Of a DNA stretch of 62,443 nucleotides, positions 47,464 through 59,000 are shown in pieces (position 1 is the stretch's first letter; each line of letters starts with the position of its first letter). The notes below the pieces were generated by a model. That model made no database searches. It was not told the origin of the DNA and saw only the letters and a list, made by a program, of their open reading frames with translations. Made by a program: the position numbers and the translations under genes. The stretch is from a virus (taxonomy: Duplodnaviria; Caudoviricetes), in IMG/VR virus record IMGVR_UViG_3300037424_000925, positions 1 through 62,443 of that record; one strand, 5' to 3'.

Positions 47464-48269
47464 AAATATATAACCTTGTAGTCATTGATAATAATGCCGG
47501 TGAAACACTGGTAAGCCCTTTTGATTATTTTGATTTCCCTGTAGAGACTGTGAAGTTGAATCTTGGTTCTAATGATTTTGACTATGAAAGTCTTGAAGGA
47601 AAATTTATCGTTTATGGTGGCGGAGGTGCTATTCATATCCCTTCAGAGGATTACAATGATGGGATATTTAAGGGGGTAGAAATCATTAGCGATTTGAGCC
47701 CCTGGTTGGTTGCCTGGGGCGTGGGACATAACATTCATGGCAGCACAAAAATTAAATACCCTGAATCATTCTTGACTAAATTCAGGTTGATAGGGGTTAG
47801 GGACATAGGGCAAGTAGGTGTCCTAAAGGATGGTCAACACCATAATTTACCATGGGTTCCATGTGTAAGCTGCATGGATGAATTGTTCCACCATAAGTAC
47901 GAGATTAAGCATTCTATAGTGGCAACAGGTCATTTTTTGGATTCATATAACTTAGGAGTTCCGAGCATTGAACACGTTGGCACACCAGCTGAAGAGGTTA
48001 TCCCGTTTATTGCAAGCGGAGAAACAGTCTTGACCAACTCGTATCATGGAGCATACTGGGGGCTATTGTTAAACCGTAAGGTAATTGTTTTCAATCCAAT
48101 GTCATCCAAGTTCTACGGCTTACCACCGCAGATTGTTCTGGCCACACCTGGAACCTGGGAAGACGCTAAACCGACAAACAACGATCAGTTTCTGCCTCTA
48201 TGCCGATCTGTCAATGAGGCATACCACAAACAAGTGCTAAATCTCTTGGAGGAATACCTTGAAACCTGA
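47460..48269 (+). CDS. Polysaccharide pyruvyl-transferase-like protein
   Basis: NNAGE, VYGGGG, WGVG, IGVRD, TNSYHG. Confidence 0.65.
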   Translation: MKIYNLVVIDNNAGETLVSPFDYFDFPVETVKLNLGSNDFDYESLEGKFIVYGGGGAIHIPSEDYNDGIFKGVEIISDLSPWLVAWGVGHNIHGSTKIKYPESFLTKFRLIGVRDIGQVGVLKDGQHHNLPWVPCVSCMDELFHHKYEIKHSIVATGHFLDSYNLGVPSIEHVGTPAEEVIPFIASGETVLTNSYHGAYWGLLLNRKVIVFNPMSSKFYGLPPQIVLATPGTWEDAKPTNNDQFLPLCRSVNEAYHKQVLNLLEEYLET

Positions 48270-49458
48270 TATCACACTTATCTTCCCAAGTTCGCCGTTT
48301 TTATTGGACCAGGCGGTATTCCCCCCACTGGGGATTCTTTACCTTTCGGCCTACCTGAAGCAGCAGGGCCTTAATGTACAGTGCTTAGACATGGGAATTG
48401 GACACACTCCGGCTATGGCCGAATCGGATACGATAGGGATATCCGTCACGACCCCGCAGAGGATCGAGGCTTTTGAGTTGGCGAAGAGGTTCCGGGCCGA
48501 AGGAAAGCCTGTTATCGCAGGGGGACCACACGCAACACATATGCCGCAGGAGTGTTCCGACCACGGGTTCTGGGTGATTAAAGGCAGAGGCGAGCAGAGC
48601 TTGAACTGGCTCCTTACCAGCCCAATAAATAAACCATATATCGGTGGAAAGATTGAGATTGACGATTACCCGTTCCCCGACCGGGACGCTTTGCCGCTTA
48701 AAAAATACCATTACATGATAGACGGAGTGCCTGCCACGCCCATTATGACTTCCAGGTCTTGTTTCGGGAATTGCGCCTTCTGCGCGAAGATCGACAACGA
48801 CTTCCAGATGCAGTCGGTAGGAAGAACGATTGCCGAGATCGAGCATGTCCACGAGAAATACGGATACGAGGCCTTCATGATTTTTGACGACGTGTTTGTG
48901 GCCAGTAAAAAGCGCCTGCAGGCTATCGTGAACGGGATCGGAAACAAGTTCAAGTTTAGGTGTTTTGCCAGGAGTAACCTTCTTGACGATAAAGTTTGCA
49001 AACTTTTAAGGCAGCTGGGGGTTTTCGAAGTCGGCATTGGAGTTGAGAGCGGGTCGGACGATATCCTAAGTAGGAACATGAAGGGGACGACCAGAAAGCA
49101 AAACACACGGGCAGTCAGGCGATTGCACGAGAATGGGATCCGGGCCAAGGCTTTTTTGATTATAGGCCTGCCCGGGGAAAGCAATCGGACGGTCATGGAT
49201 ACGGCCGACTGGATCACAGAAGCGGGTCCGGACGATATTGACCTTTCGGTATTTCAGCCAATGCCCGGTTCCAAAATATTTACAGACCCCGAGAAGTGGG
49301 GTATCCAGTTTGAGTATGACGGCAAGCCGGGTTGGTATAAGGGGAAACCAGGGGAGTACGAACCAACGGCCAGGACGGAGCATTTGACTGGCGCCGAGAT
49401 TATCGAATGGCGGGACCTGCTGGAAAAAGAATTTAAACGACCGGAGCTTCTGAGATGA
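48259..49458 (+). CDS. B12-binding radical SAM protein
   Basis: PPLGILYL, GGPHAT, SRSCFGNCAFC, GVESGS, IIGLPGE. Confidence 0.9.
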   Translation: MKPDITLIFPSSPFLLDQAVFPPLGILYLSAYLKQQGLNVQCLDMGIGHTPAMAESDTIGISVTTPQRIEAFELAKRFRAEGKPVIAGGPHATHMPQECSDHGFWVIKGRGEQSLNWLLTSPINKPYIGGKIEIDDYPFPDRDALPLKKYHYMIDGVPATPIMTSRSCFGNCAFCAKIDNDFQMQSVGRTIAEIEHVHEKYGYEAFMIFDDVFVASKKRLQAIVNGIGNKFKFRCFARSNLLDDKVCKLLRQLGVFEVGIGVESGSDDILSRNMKGTTRKQNTRAVRRLHENGIRAKAFLIIGLPGESNRTVMDTADWITEAGPDDIDLSVFQPMPGSKIFTDPEKWGIQFEYDGKPGWYKGKPGEYEPTARTEHLTGAEIIEWRDLLEKEFKRPELLR

Positions 49459-49850
49459 TCACTTTGTTTATCGTTCAAAGCTGCGCTGATGTGAAAGATG
49501 TGAACCAGGCATTGGATTCATTCGGCGGACTGGTTGACGACCTTTGGTGCGTTCGCTCTCTGGACGAAGTGAATAAGACTGAGCGGAAGAACGATTGGTA
49601 CGGGGTCATTTACGACGATGAACGGATTGATGAAAGGTTGAACGAAGGGTTGAAGGTTTTCATTGAACAGTCGGACGCAGATGTATTGGTCTTGTTTAAA
49701 CTCAACGGCGACGGGAATCCTTCCAGATGCCCCCGGCTGTTCAGGCGGCATATCACGTTGAGGGACGGTTCTCTTCTGCCGGAACAGAAAGATTTGGTAT
49801 TCGAAACGGTTTTGAACGGGTGGGTGCGATCCAATGCAGATATCGGTTAA
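49455..49850 (+). CDS. Hypothetical protein (degenerate GT2-like)
   Basis: W..VIYDDE.ID..L and PRLFRR resemble GT2 core. Confidence 0.45.
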   Translation: MITLFIVQSCADVKDVNQALDSFGGLVDDLWCVRSLDEVNKTERKNDWYGVIYDDERIDERLNEGLKVFIEQSDADVLVLFKLNGDGNPSRCPRLFRRHITLRDGSLLPEQKDLVFETVLNGWVRSNADIG

Positions 49851-50352
49851 AATAGACCAGGCGGATCTCCAGCGCCTTATGTCGGCCCTTGACGGGGTGC
49901 AATCCGTGGTCAAGGTTCAGGGCGGCGATACCATGCAGTGGAAGTGCGCCACGGATTATTATCAGCTGGTCATGGCGAACATGCTCAAGATGAGGTCCCC
50001 AAGTCCAGGATACTCGATGAGATACCGGAATTGGAAGTACGAGTATGGGTGGATGGGTTATCCCTCTCCTTGGCGGCTCAGGGGCGATCTCATGCGGAGT
50101 TTGGGCTCATACCGATACGGCGATGGATACCTCGGGGGTGTTCAGCCCGGCGCTATGGATTCAGGAGGAAAGTCGTGGTTTGGCAAAGGCAGGCTTGGGC
50201 CATCCGGAAAAATCAAGTCTATCGAGATGTACGGCAACGTGGAAGAGGCACGAAGGCCATTATTCGAACCGACCATGGATGAGTATGCCGGAGCAGGCTG
50301 GCTCAAGAGGGGTGACGAAATGCTTGGGAAAATAGAAGCGAGGTGGAGATGA
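49834..50352 (+). CDS. Putative tail completion/neck protein
   Basis: RGDLMRSL, ARRPLFEP; synteny. Confidence 0.55.
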   Translation: MQISVKIDQADLQRLMSALDGVQSVVKVQGGDTMQWKCATDYYQLVMANMLKMRSPSPGYSMRYRNWKYEYGWMGYPSPWRLRGDLMRSLGSYRYGDGYLGGVQPGAMDSGGKSWFGKGRLGPSGKIKSIEMYGNVEEARRPLFEPTMDEYAGAGWLKRGDEMLGKIEARWR

Positions 50353-50573
50353 AAGAGTCTGCAATGATCAACACGTTTCGTTATATTGTCGATGGTGAAC
50401 AGACTTGTGCTGAGAATTTTGTCACTGGGGACTTTTGTGAATTCTTAAGAACTCGACGTTTTGGAACACATGATACTTGTTTATTCGATCCGAATGCTGA
50501 CGAGCTGGAAAGACATCCTGGATTGGGGTTCACTATCCCCTGGACAGGATGCCCATTAAAGGAGAAGAAATGA
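50349..50573 (+). CDS. Small Cys-containing hypothetical protein
   Basis: C..FCEFL..CLF..CPL. Confidence 0.5.
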   Translation: MKESAMINTFRYIVDGEQTCAENFVTGDFCEFLRTRRFGTHDTCLFDPNADELERHPGLGFTIPWTGCPLKEKK

Positions 50574-50776
50574 GAGTCTTGAATATTGAACCGAAAGATA
50601 TCCATATTACGTTGGACATGGGTATCCAGGAAGTCAAATTAGTCCTGGACGCCTTGGAGAACTCGGAAATTAAGTTCGACAGTGAAGAACAACCGGACCT
50701 GCCGAAGGCGGCTGAGTTCTTGAAGGTTTTCTTTAAGACGCTCGATGATGTGGTGAACGAAGTGGAGAGGAAGTAA
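50570..50776 (+). CDS. Hypothetical protein
   Basis: AGGAG RBS, overlapping stop/start. Confidence 0.6.
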   Translation: MRVLNIEPKDIHITLDMGIQEVKLVLDALENSEIKFDSEEQPDLPKAAEFLKVFFKTLDDVVNEVERK

Positions 50777-50777
50777 A

Positions 50778-51254
50778 ATGGCAAATCTTGATGATACTTC
50801 GAAAGAATCAAATGTGCGCGACAGCATAAAACGCTATTTGGTGAATTCCATCTACACGACCGAAGGCGTCCAGCTGACCTTTGACAAGTATCTCAGTACG
50901 CCCAGCATCCAAGGGCACCAGGTTGATAAGTGGGTGTCCGTTAACTTTGGGGATATGGCATTGAGCTCACTCTCGACTCACGACATCCAGATAATCTGCT
51001 GCACCAGGCAGGACGGCGAGGGTTTCAAATTGGCACAGCTCAGAGACAAGGTCTACAAATACCTGACCGACAACACACAGACGGACGGAATGGCCAGGTT
51101 TGCCTTCTACCGCAGCCGGGCGACCGGAGCATGGACGCAGTTGGACGGTGGGTTCATCGTTCAGGAAGTCATGGAAAGCAGGCAGTTCGAGGCGGATGAT
51201 GGTACGAAGTATAAAGTATTAACCGCGAGATTGAGGTTTTCTTCAAAGGTGTAA
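50778..51254 (+). CDS. Putative tail terminator protein
   Basis: Size and position upstream of tail tube gene. Confidence 0.55.
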   Translation: MANLDDTSKESNVRDSIKRYLVNSIYTTEGVQLTFDKYLSTPSIQGHQVDKWVSVNFGDMALSSLSTHDIQIICCTRQDGEGFKLAQLRDKVYKYLTDNTQTDGMARFAFYRSRATGAWTQLDGGFIVQEVMESRQFEADDGTKYKVLTARLRFSSKV

Positions 51255-51265
51255 CCGGGGGATGT

Positions 51266-51475
51266 ATGGCAGACAGACATTTCATAGTTTGCGAAAAATG
51301 TGGGAGGAAGCTAATTGAAAGAACTCCCGATGGCCTATTTCATTTTGTATTTGGTAAAAATCCAAGTGATCCAGGCAACCCCCCGGTGGATATTTGGATC
51401 CACGGCAACTTAAAAATTAAATGTTTTAGAAGGACTTGCGAACACGTCAATGTTTTAAACTACTTCCCATTCTAA
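51266..51475 (+). CDS. Com-like Zn-ribbon regulator
   Basis: CEKCGRKL...LKIKCFRRTCEHVN. Confidence 0.7.
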   Translation: MADRHFIVCEKCGRKLIERTPDGLFHFVFGKNPSDPGNPPVDIWIHGNLKIKCFRRTCEHVNVLNYFPF

Positions 51476-51583
51476 GAAGTAGACCTCAATCGGTTCCTAC
51501 CGAAAGCTCCTCAATCGATTCATATCGAAATTAAACTTCGGCAACAACTAATTTTAACATGATTTGATTGAAAGGAGATCATT

Positions 51584-52171
51584 ATGGCACGTTCTGGACC
51601 AGTTACGAAGGACACGAGCACGATTACGATAGGTCTAATGCAGATCAGGGTAGGAACATCCGCAACGTACATTGCGAACCCTAATCCGGCATTGGTAGCA
51701 GGCGATTCCATTGGAGCGCTTGCGAACACTAAATTTATCGGGAACACCGACTGGTATAAGCTGGAGTCAGGGTTCCCCCTGATCGAGGATTATACTGTTC
51801 CCATCCGCGAGAGTGCGGCTATTGAGTGCGCCTTCAAGGAAATCACCCCCTACAATATGGCATTGGCCTATGGCATTGACGCTGCCGCAGGAAGCTACAC
51901 CGATACGCATTCCGGTGAGGTTGTCCTTGGCGGACGTACTGCGCCTGCGTATATGCGTGTTGAGGCGGTTTATACTTACCCTAACGGTTCGAACTACATG
52001 ACCTTTATTTTTCCGCGTGCGCAGGTTTCTGCTAACGTGGAGGTTGACACCCAGGCTGAGGATTCCGCTGCGGTTACGGTTATGTTCGAGTCCAAGAACG
52101 CTTCCAGTGATGTCTCTGGTGGGAATGCCATTTGGGACGATAAGCCCCTTGGCCGTATCCAGTGGACCTAA
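51584..52171 (+). CDS. Major tail tube protein
   Basis: FKEITPYNMALAYG, FIFPRAQ; precedes chaperone and tape measure. Confidence 0.75.
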   Translation: MARSGPVTKDTSTITIGLMQIRVGTSATYIANPNPALVAGDSIGALANTKFIGNTDWYKLESGFPLIEDYTVPIRESAAIECAFKEITPYNMALAYGIDAAAGSYTDTHSGEVVLGGRTAPAYMRVEAVYTYPNGSNYMTFIFPRAQVSANVEVDTQAEDSAAVTVMFESKNASSDVSGGNAIWDDKPLGRIQWT

Positions 52172-52234
52172 GATACTAACCCTTTAAGATAATTGCGGTG
52201 GGCATTGTGCTCACCGCAAACAAGGAGAAAGACC

Positions 52235-52696
52235 ATGCCGGAGAACGAAGAAAAGAAATTAAATCCTCAGATTGTGGATGTCGAGATTGGCATCCGCAGT
52301 CTCCGGAAAATTACGGTGTACCCGCTGTCTATGGCGGATCAATTGAAACTTACGGACATTATTGTGCAGGCGGCTATGGCGTCTGTGAACAGTGGTCAGG
52401 ATATGGCGATCCCGACATTTATTCTTCAGATGATGCAGGAGAATGTGGGGAAAATTCTGTCGATGGCTACGGACGAGGACGAGAAGCTGATGAACGAGAT
52501 CAGTAACCTGCAGGCAGTGGAGATAGCCAATGTGCTGTTCGAAGTGAACTACGGCGCTGTAGCAAAAAACTTCAAGAGCCTCTCCGAGAAGATGAAGGAA
52601 ATGTTTCAACCGGAGAGGCCGTTACCGCAGTCTGTGAACGGTACGGATACCGGCTTGAAGACTTCTACCGAAAGTCCTACCGGGAAGGCGGAGTAA
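52235..52696 (+). CDS. Tail assembly chaperone (G)
   Basis: Position; slippery A-AAA-AAC at 52564-52570. Confidence 0.8.
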   Translation: MPENEEKKLNPQIVDVEIGIRSLRKITVYPLSMADQLKLTDIIVQAAMASVNSGQDMAIPTFILQMMQENVGKILSMATDEDEKLMNEISNLQAVEIANVLFEVNYGAVAKNFKSLSEKMKEMFQPERPLPQSVNGTDTGLKTSTESPTGKAE

Positions 52697-52995
52697 CGTT
52701 TGGGCAGATGCTCGTCATGTATGAGCATTCTGAGAAGCGGTTGATTGAGAGGCTGAAGTTTGACGCTGGGGTGCATGGGATAAAGCTGAAGGACGATCCG
52801 CCTGCGGCGCAACAAGGGGGGACTCCAAGTTCCCCTGCACAAAAAGGCAAGTGCATACCGGGTGATCCGGATTCGTACAACCACTTGTCGATGGAAGAGA
52901 GACAGAGATTGACGGAAGAAATGATGGGCAAGCATAAAGCATGGGACGCGACAGCAAAACCCCTTGGGGGAAAAGCCCCGATTGATAAAAGGTAA
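52564..52995 (+). CDS. Tail assembly chaperone -1 frameshift extension (GT)
   Basis: -1 frame after AAAAAAC is open (LQEPLRED...TFGQMLVMYE) and runs into ORF 52708-52995. Confidence 0.8.
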   Translation, partial: KKLQEPLREDEGNVSTGEAVTAVCERYGYRLEDFYRKSYREGGVTFGQMLVMYEHSEKRLIERLKFDAGVHGIKLKDDPPAAQQGGTPSSPAQKGKCIPGDPDSYNHLSMEERQRLTEEMMGKHKAWDATAKPLGGKAPIDKR

Positions 52996-53006
52996 AAGGT
53001 AGGTTC

Positions 53007-56000
53007 ATGGCCGGTAAAGAATTGACGCTGGGTGTTGTGTTCAGTGGCAGAATTGGGAAGGAGCTGGAAACCGCTGTTGCGCGACTTGAGGGCCTGGTTA
53101 AGGGGCTGAATGGCACACTTGGCAAGATCCAGCAGTCCGGAGGAGTTCAGGCGTTAGCTGCTCTCGCCAAGCAGACCAATGATACCAGCGCGGCCATGAC
53201 AGTTTTGGGGAATACGAGCAAGGCAGCTACTGCAACTATGTCAACATCTATCGGGAACGCCGGTAAGTCGGTAGGTGAGTTTGGCAAGGCAATGACCCGC
53301 GCTCAGGCTAACGGCAGCGGTTTCGTAACAACTTTGCAGGAACTGACGAAATATTCACAGCGAAACACGCTGGAGGTCAAAGACGCTGAAAAGGCGATGT
53401 ATAAAACCGACGCGGTTCTCAGGCAGCTGAACCGTGAGGTAGCGAATGGCTCCATCCAGACTTCTCTGGCGAACAATAATTGGAAGTACGCCAAGGATCG
53501 ATATGTCGATTTCAAAAACGCTGCCGATCTTACTACGATTTCACAGAAAGTATTAAACGGTGAGATTACGGCTTCCAGAAAGGGGATTACCGAATACATA
53601 GGCCAGGTCACAAAAGGGAACGTGACATTATCTGCGTTCACGAATGTGGCCAAAGGCACGATGCCAGGCATAAGCGGCATGAATAAGGCCATCGATGACG
53701 GCAACCTGTCATGGCAAGAGGCAGCACGGACCCAAGCCGCATATCAAGCGGCCATTTCAAAGAGTTTGCCAGCACAAAAGGCGTCTGCTTCTGCTATCAT
53801 GGAGGTTTCCAAGGCATCAAAAAACACCTGGCCTGTCATTGAGCAAATGAACAGAGCGATAGATAGCGGGAATATCTCTTGGCAGGCAGTATCCAGACAG
53901 CAATCCGCCTATCAATCAGCCCTAAAAGGAACCCTCCCCATCCAGCAGCAGACAACGGCGTCTGTAGACAATTTTACCAAAGCATCAAAAAACGCATGGC
54001 CTGCTATCAATCAAATGAACAAGGCTATCGATGCAGGCAACATATCTTGGCAAGAGGTGTCGCGGCTCCAATCTGGTTATCAGTCCGCGCTCAAAGGAAC
54101 CCTCCCCATCCAGCAGCAGACTACCCAGCAAATTAAATCGACATCCACGTCCATAGATTACTTGACAAAAGCCCATGGACAGCTCGGCCCTACAATAACC
54201 AGTATGAACAGGGCTATTGATGCAGGAACGATGTCCTGGCAAAACGCATCTCGCCAACAGTCTGCATATCAGTCGGCTTTAAAGGGCACTCTCCCTGCCC
54301 AGCAAAGCATGGGGACCACCACTGCCAAACTTAGCGATAACCTAACTTATTTGGGCCAAAAATTAGGGATCTCCAACGTTGAAATGGCCAAAATAGGAGC
54401 GTCAACAAAAACAGCGAGTGAACCTTTCAATTTTTTGGGCAAACAAATTGGATCTGTCAATGGGGCGATTGATCGCCTGAAAGCCGCTTTCAAAGTTACA
54501 GCAGCATACGGCCTTGCATCCACAGCCATTTACACTCTCATAAATGCCTTCAAAATAGGTGCCCAGTCCATTATTGACTACGACCAGGCATTGAAAAACC
54601 TCCAGGCAATTACCGGGGCCACGGACGCTGAAGTAGGTGCCATGGGCAAGACCATTCTGGATGTTGCTAGAACGACGAAGTTCTCTTCGACAGAGATAGC
54701 GGATGGGATGGTATTGTTGGGTCAGGCTGGGTTCTCTGCCAGTGAAGCCATGGACGCCATAGGGGCAACTGCCAACTTGGCCACTGGTACGTTGTCAAGC
54801 ATGGCACTTACGACCGACCTTTTAACGACTACAATCAGGGCATTTAATCTGGACACCATTGAGAGCGGGCGTGTGGCAGATGTTATGGCAAACGCCATCA
54901 ATAAATCAAAATTAACTATTGATAAACTTCGTATTTCTTTTAGCTACATCGCGGCTACGGCTTCCATGGCGGGGCTGTCTCTTGAGGAAACTGCGGCCAG
55001 TATGATGGTTTTGGCGAATAATGGTTTACGGGCGTCCACAATCGGCACGGGTTTGAGGCAGGTTCTTTCAAGATTATTGTCTCCTAATACTAAACTTCGG
55101 GAGGCTTACGAAGCCCATGGAATCGCGCTGGATCAGATCAATCCAAAGACGGTGGGATACCAGACAGCTTTGCAAAACTTGGCGAAAGTTCTTTATAATT
55201 CCGAGACCAAAGTGGTGGATGTATCGAAAGCGTTTGAGCTGTTCGGACTCCGTGGCGCCCAGACAGCCGCTATCCTGGTGAGGGATTATGCCGGTGGGGC
55301 ATTTCAGACAGCATTGAAGAGCGTGTTTGAAGTCGGGACAAGCTCCGCTATGGCTGCCAAGCAATCGGAAGGTCTCGGGATTCAATTTAAGAATTTGGCT
55401 GATAGGGCTAAGATTGTTGCTGTTGCTTTCGGAGGTGCAGGGGTATCTGGGGCTATCAGTATTTTCGTTTCAATTTTAAGAACCGGGACTGAATGGCTTG
55501 AGTTGTTTGCGACAAGCGGCATCGGTCAGGTCATCATAAAGGCAGGCCTTCTTGTGGCATCCTTTGCGGCATTACGGGGGGCAGCAATCTTCCTTATGAG
55601 TGCTATCAAAGGTTTGGCGGTCATTGAATTTTTCAACACCGCCATGGCAGCGGCGATATATCATTCTGCTGGGGCCGTTACTGGATTAACGAAGTTACGT
55701 GCGGCTTTCACCGCTCTATGGTTGGTCGTCAGTAAAAATCCAATCGGATTGATAATCACGGGCATATCCTTGGCGGCAGCGGCTTTCTCCCATTTCATGG
55801 GGGCCAGTGATAAATTAGCTTCATCTTTAGGCCAACAAGCTATAGAGGCCGAAAAGATAGAGAAAGGGCTTAGCGTTTATGCTGATACCATTGGCTTGGC
55901 CAAGGAGGGCTCTGATGAATACCTATCTGCGCTTAAAAGGTTTGGTGAAACTTATCCAGGCGTGACTCAGAAGATCCTGGATATGAACGGTGCGATAGAC

Positions 56001-59000
56001 CTTGCAGATATAGCTGTTGGCGATATTACAAAATCCATGCGGGAGCTTGCAGGTATCTTTTTGCAGGAGTCAATCAGCAAGACACAACGAGCATTGACTC
56101 TCTACAAAGACGATCTTGACAGGGCCACGATAGCAGGTCGTAATTTATACGAAATACTTTTCAAGCAAGGGAACTTAGACGACTTCTTGGCTGAGAAGAA
56201 GGATAAACTTACCTCTGCTCAGAACGCCCTAATCCAGTCTTACAAGCGCGGGGTAGAGATAGGTGAACTCACAATAGACGAAGCATTTAAGTTGATAGAT
56301 GCGCTCGGCCTACAAGAAGATAAGTTGAAAGTAGTCAAGGACGGCTTCACAGCGCATTTCAATGGGGTAAAGTTAGGCAGCTCTGAGGCTGCATCTGGCA
56401 TGAAGACGGCCTTCGACGGGGTCCCCGAGTATTTTGTTGATCTGTACCGAACGCTGGACGCCTCACGCCAAGCAGATCTCGTGCAGGCCATGAAGACCAT
56501 GCAGAGCCAGGTGGCAGCGTACAGAAAAACTGCGGAAGACATGGGGATTGCGGACTGGGATCGAGACAAGCAGGTCGAAGCGATCAGGAAGGTGGCATAC
56601 GATAAGTTCGTTGAATCTCTTAATAAAGAGTCAGTAGCCACCCAGAAAAAAAATGATAAAGATACTGAAGATCTACAGAAGGCTCTCAAAAAGAAGCAAG
56701 AGGCATACGAGAAGTCCGCAGAGCAGATCAAGTCCATAGAAGAAAAGATGGCGGAAGATAGCCGGACACTACGCCAGCTCAAGATGACCGAGGAGCAGAA
56801 GCTCAACGATAACCTACTCGATGCAAGGGCCGCCCGCGCAAAAGCTGAGATCATGTTAGCGCAGGCCACTACCCAAGAAGAGTTGGATGCAGCAATAAAA
56901 CAAGTGGAAGTGGCCAGGGCAAAATATAGTGACATCCTCAAGGTAGCACTGGAATCCAAGAAACAGCAGATAGACGCAAGCAAAATTGTGTCAGCTTCTG
57001 AGTCGCAGGTGGCCGATACCACTTACGATAAGTGGGTTAAGTTTTACAAAGACATGGGTACCAATATCACTACCTATACAACTACATACACTTCGGAGAG
57101 CAAGAAAAAGGAGAGCATTTCCAAAAGCACTGCCGACAAAGTTGTGGCCGACAACGATAGAGCCAATAAGTCCATGGACGAGCAGATGTTGCAAGCCTTG
57201 GAGCGCATCAAGAAAACGGGCGGGGGCATTACGACCGAATTCGACAATATGAAGACTAAGGCGGCAGAACCCAAGCCGATCAATATTGTCGAAGAGCCCG
57301 CCAAGACAAGTATTAAGACAACGCAGTTAGGCTTGATCGATTTGGGGACCCGAGCGGAAAAAGAGAAACCTATCAACATCAATTCTTACGCTGCTGTTTC
57401 CAATATCCAAAAGGCGATAGACAAAATTAAAGAGTTGATTGCGGCTATCTCGGCTATTCCCAGGGATGTCAACGTCAATGTCAACGTTACCTCCACGGGC
57501 ACTGGAAGTGGGCAAACGTCACTGGCAGCGGGTGTAACAGAAGCGACATCGCAAATCCAGGAATTCACAGCAACGGTTGGTGCATCCAGCGGGGATACTT
57601 CGGGGTCATCGAGTGGAGCGGTGTTCAATGTAGGGTTTACCGGGAGTGGATCAACAACAAAACCGCTTGGTGATAAAATAAAGGAGGCAATCGGTTGGGT
57701 TAAAGACTTGGCAGATACTGTGACTATCGGCGCTAAGATGATGGTCAGCTTTACTGGGCATGGTTCCGACGAGAAACCATTATCTGAAAAAATAGATGAG
57801 CTTGACAGTGAAATATCCACTTTTGGAGACAGTACATCTTCAACGCTCACATCGGTGAGCAATAAAACAGCCGAGACGGGTAGCGATATCTCATCGACTG
57901 CGAATAACACAGCATCATCCATAGAGTCGGCATTCACGAGCGCAATAGATGCTATTATCAGTAAAATTGATGAATTGGTTACAAAACTGACTGAAGCGAC
58001 TTCGAGCTCTTTCGCAGGGATGGAGATTGTAACCACCCCTGGGTTGATGGGCAATATGGTAGCAGCATATGACATGGAGACTGGATCGATACTATGGCGC
58101 AGGTTTGACGCATACCGGAAAGGCGGCGCCATAGGGCTTTCTGAAGGCGGTAGCCTAAAGGATTCAGGCGGCAAGCTCTCCGGCTACGGCGGCGGAGACA
58201 CGATCCCCGCGATGCTCGAAAAAGGTGAGTTCGTTGTTCGCAAAGAGGCTGTTAAGAAGTACGGTTCAGGCCTGTTCTCCAGTCTGAACGGGATGGTCCA
58301 GAAGTTCGCCTCTGGTGGGCTCGTAGACAACCCCATCTTAAAGAAGCTCTTCTTCTTTGGCCAGGGTTATGACACCAACCAAGGGGTTTTAAATGGCCTC
58401 AGTGAAATCCTCGGAGACCTGACTAACCCTGGGCAGATGGCAGACCGCCTATTCCTCAATGCGACAGGCGACAATTTAAAGATCAAACGTAACTCGTATG
58501 GTCAATTAGGAACATGGGGCACTCCAAGATGGTTTAACGAGTTCCGAACTGCCCTGCCTGAGTTAGTCGATACCTTGGGCGGATCGGCCGCGACTGCGGG
58601 TTCCGGTCCAAATATACCCGACATATTGCAGAATATGAATGAAATAGCTCACCTCATCTCTCCGGGTGAATGGGGGTTGGGAGGTCTTATCAAGAGACTC
58701 GCAGCCGGGGGAAATTTGACTGGCTACGGTGGAGGAGATACCATCCCTGCTGTGTTGGAGAAGGGTGAATTCGTCATTCGGAAAGAAGCCGTGAAGAAAT
58801 ATGGTGCTGGCCTGTTTGCGAACCTAAATTCCATGGTGGCCGGGATGAAGATAGGGGGGCTTGTAGCACGGCCTGCGATGCCCAGATTTGCGGAAGGCGG
58901 CAGCGTGCAGTCCCAAACCGGAGGCGGGTTCAGCCTATCCAATCAGCTTCACACGATCAATTTAACCATCAACAACGCAAAGCATACTCTGTACGGGGAC

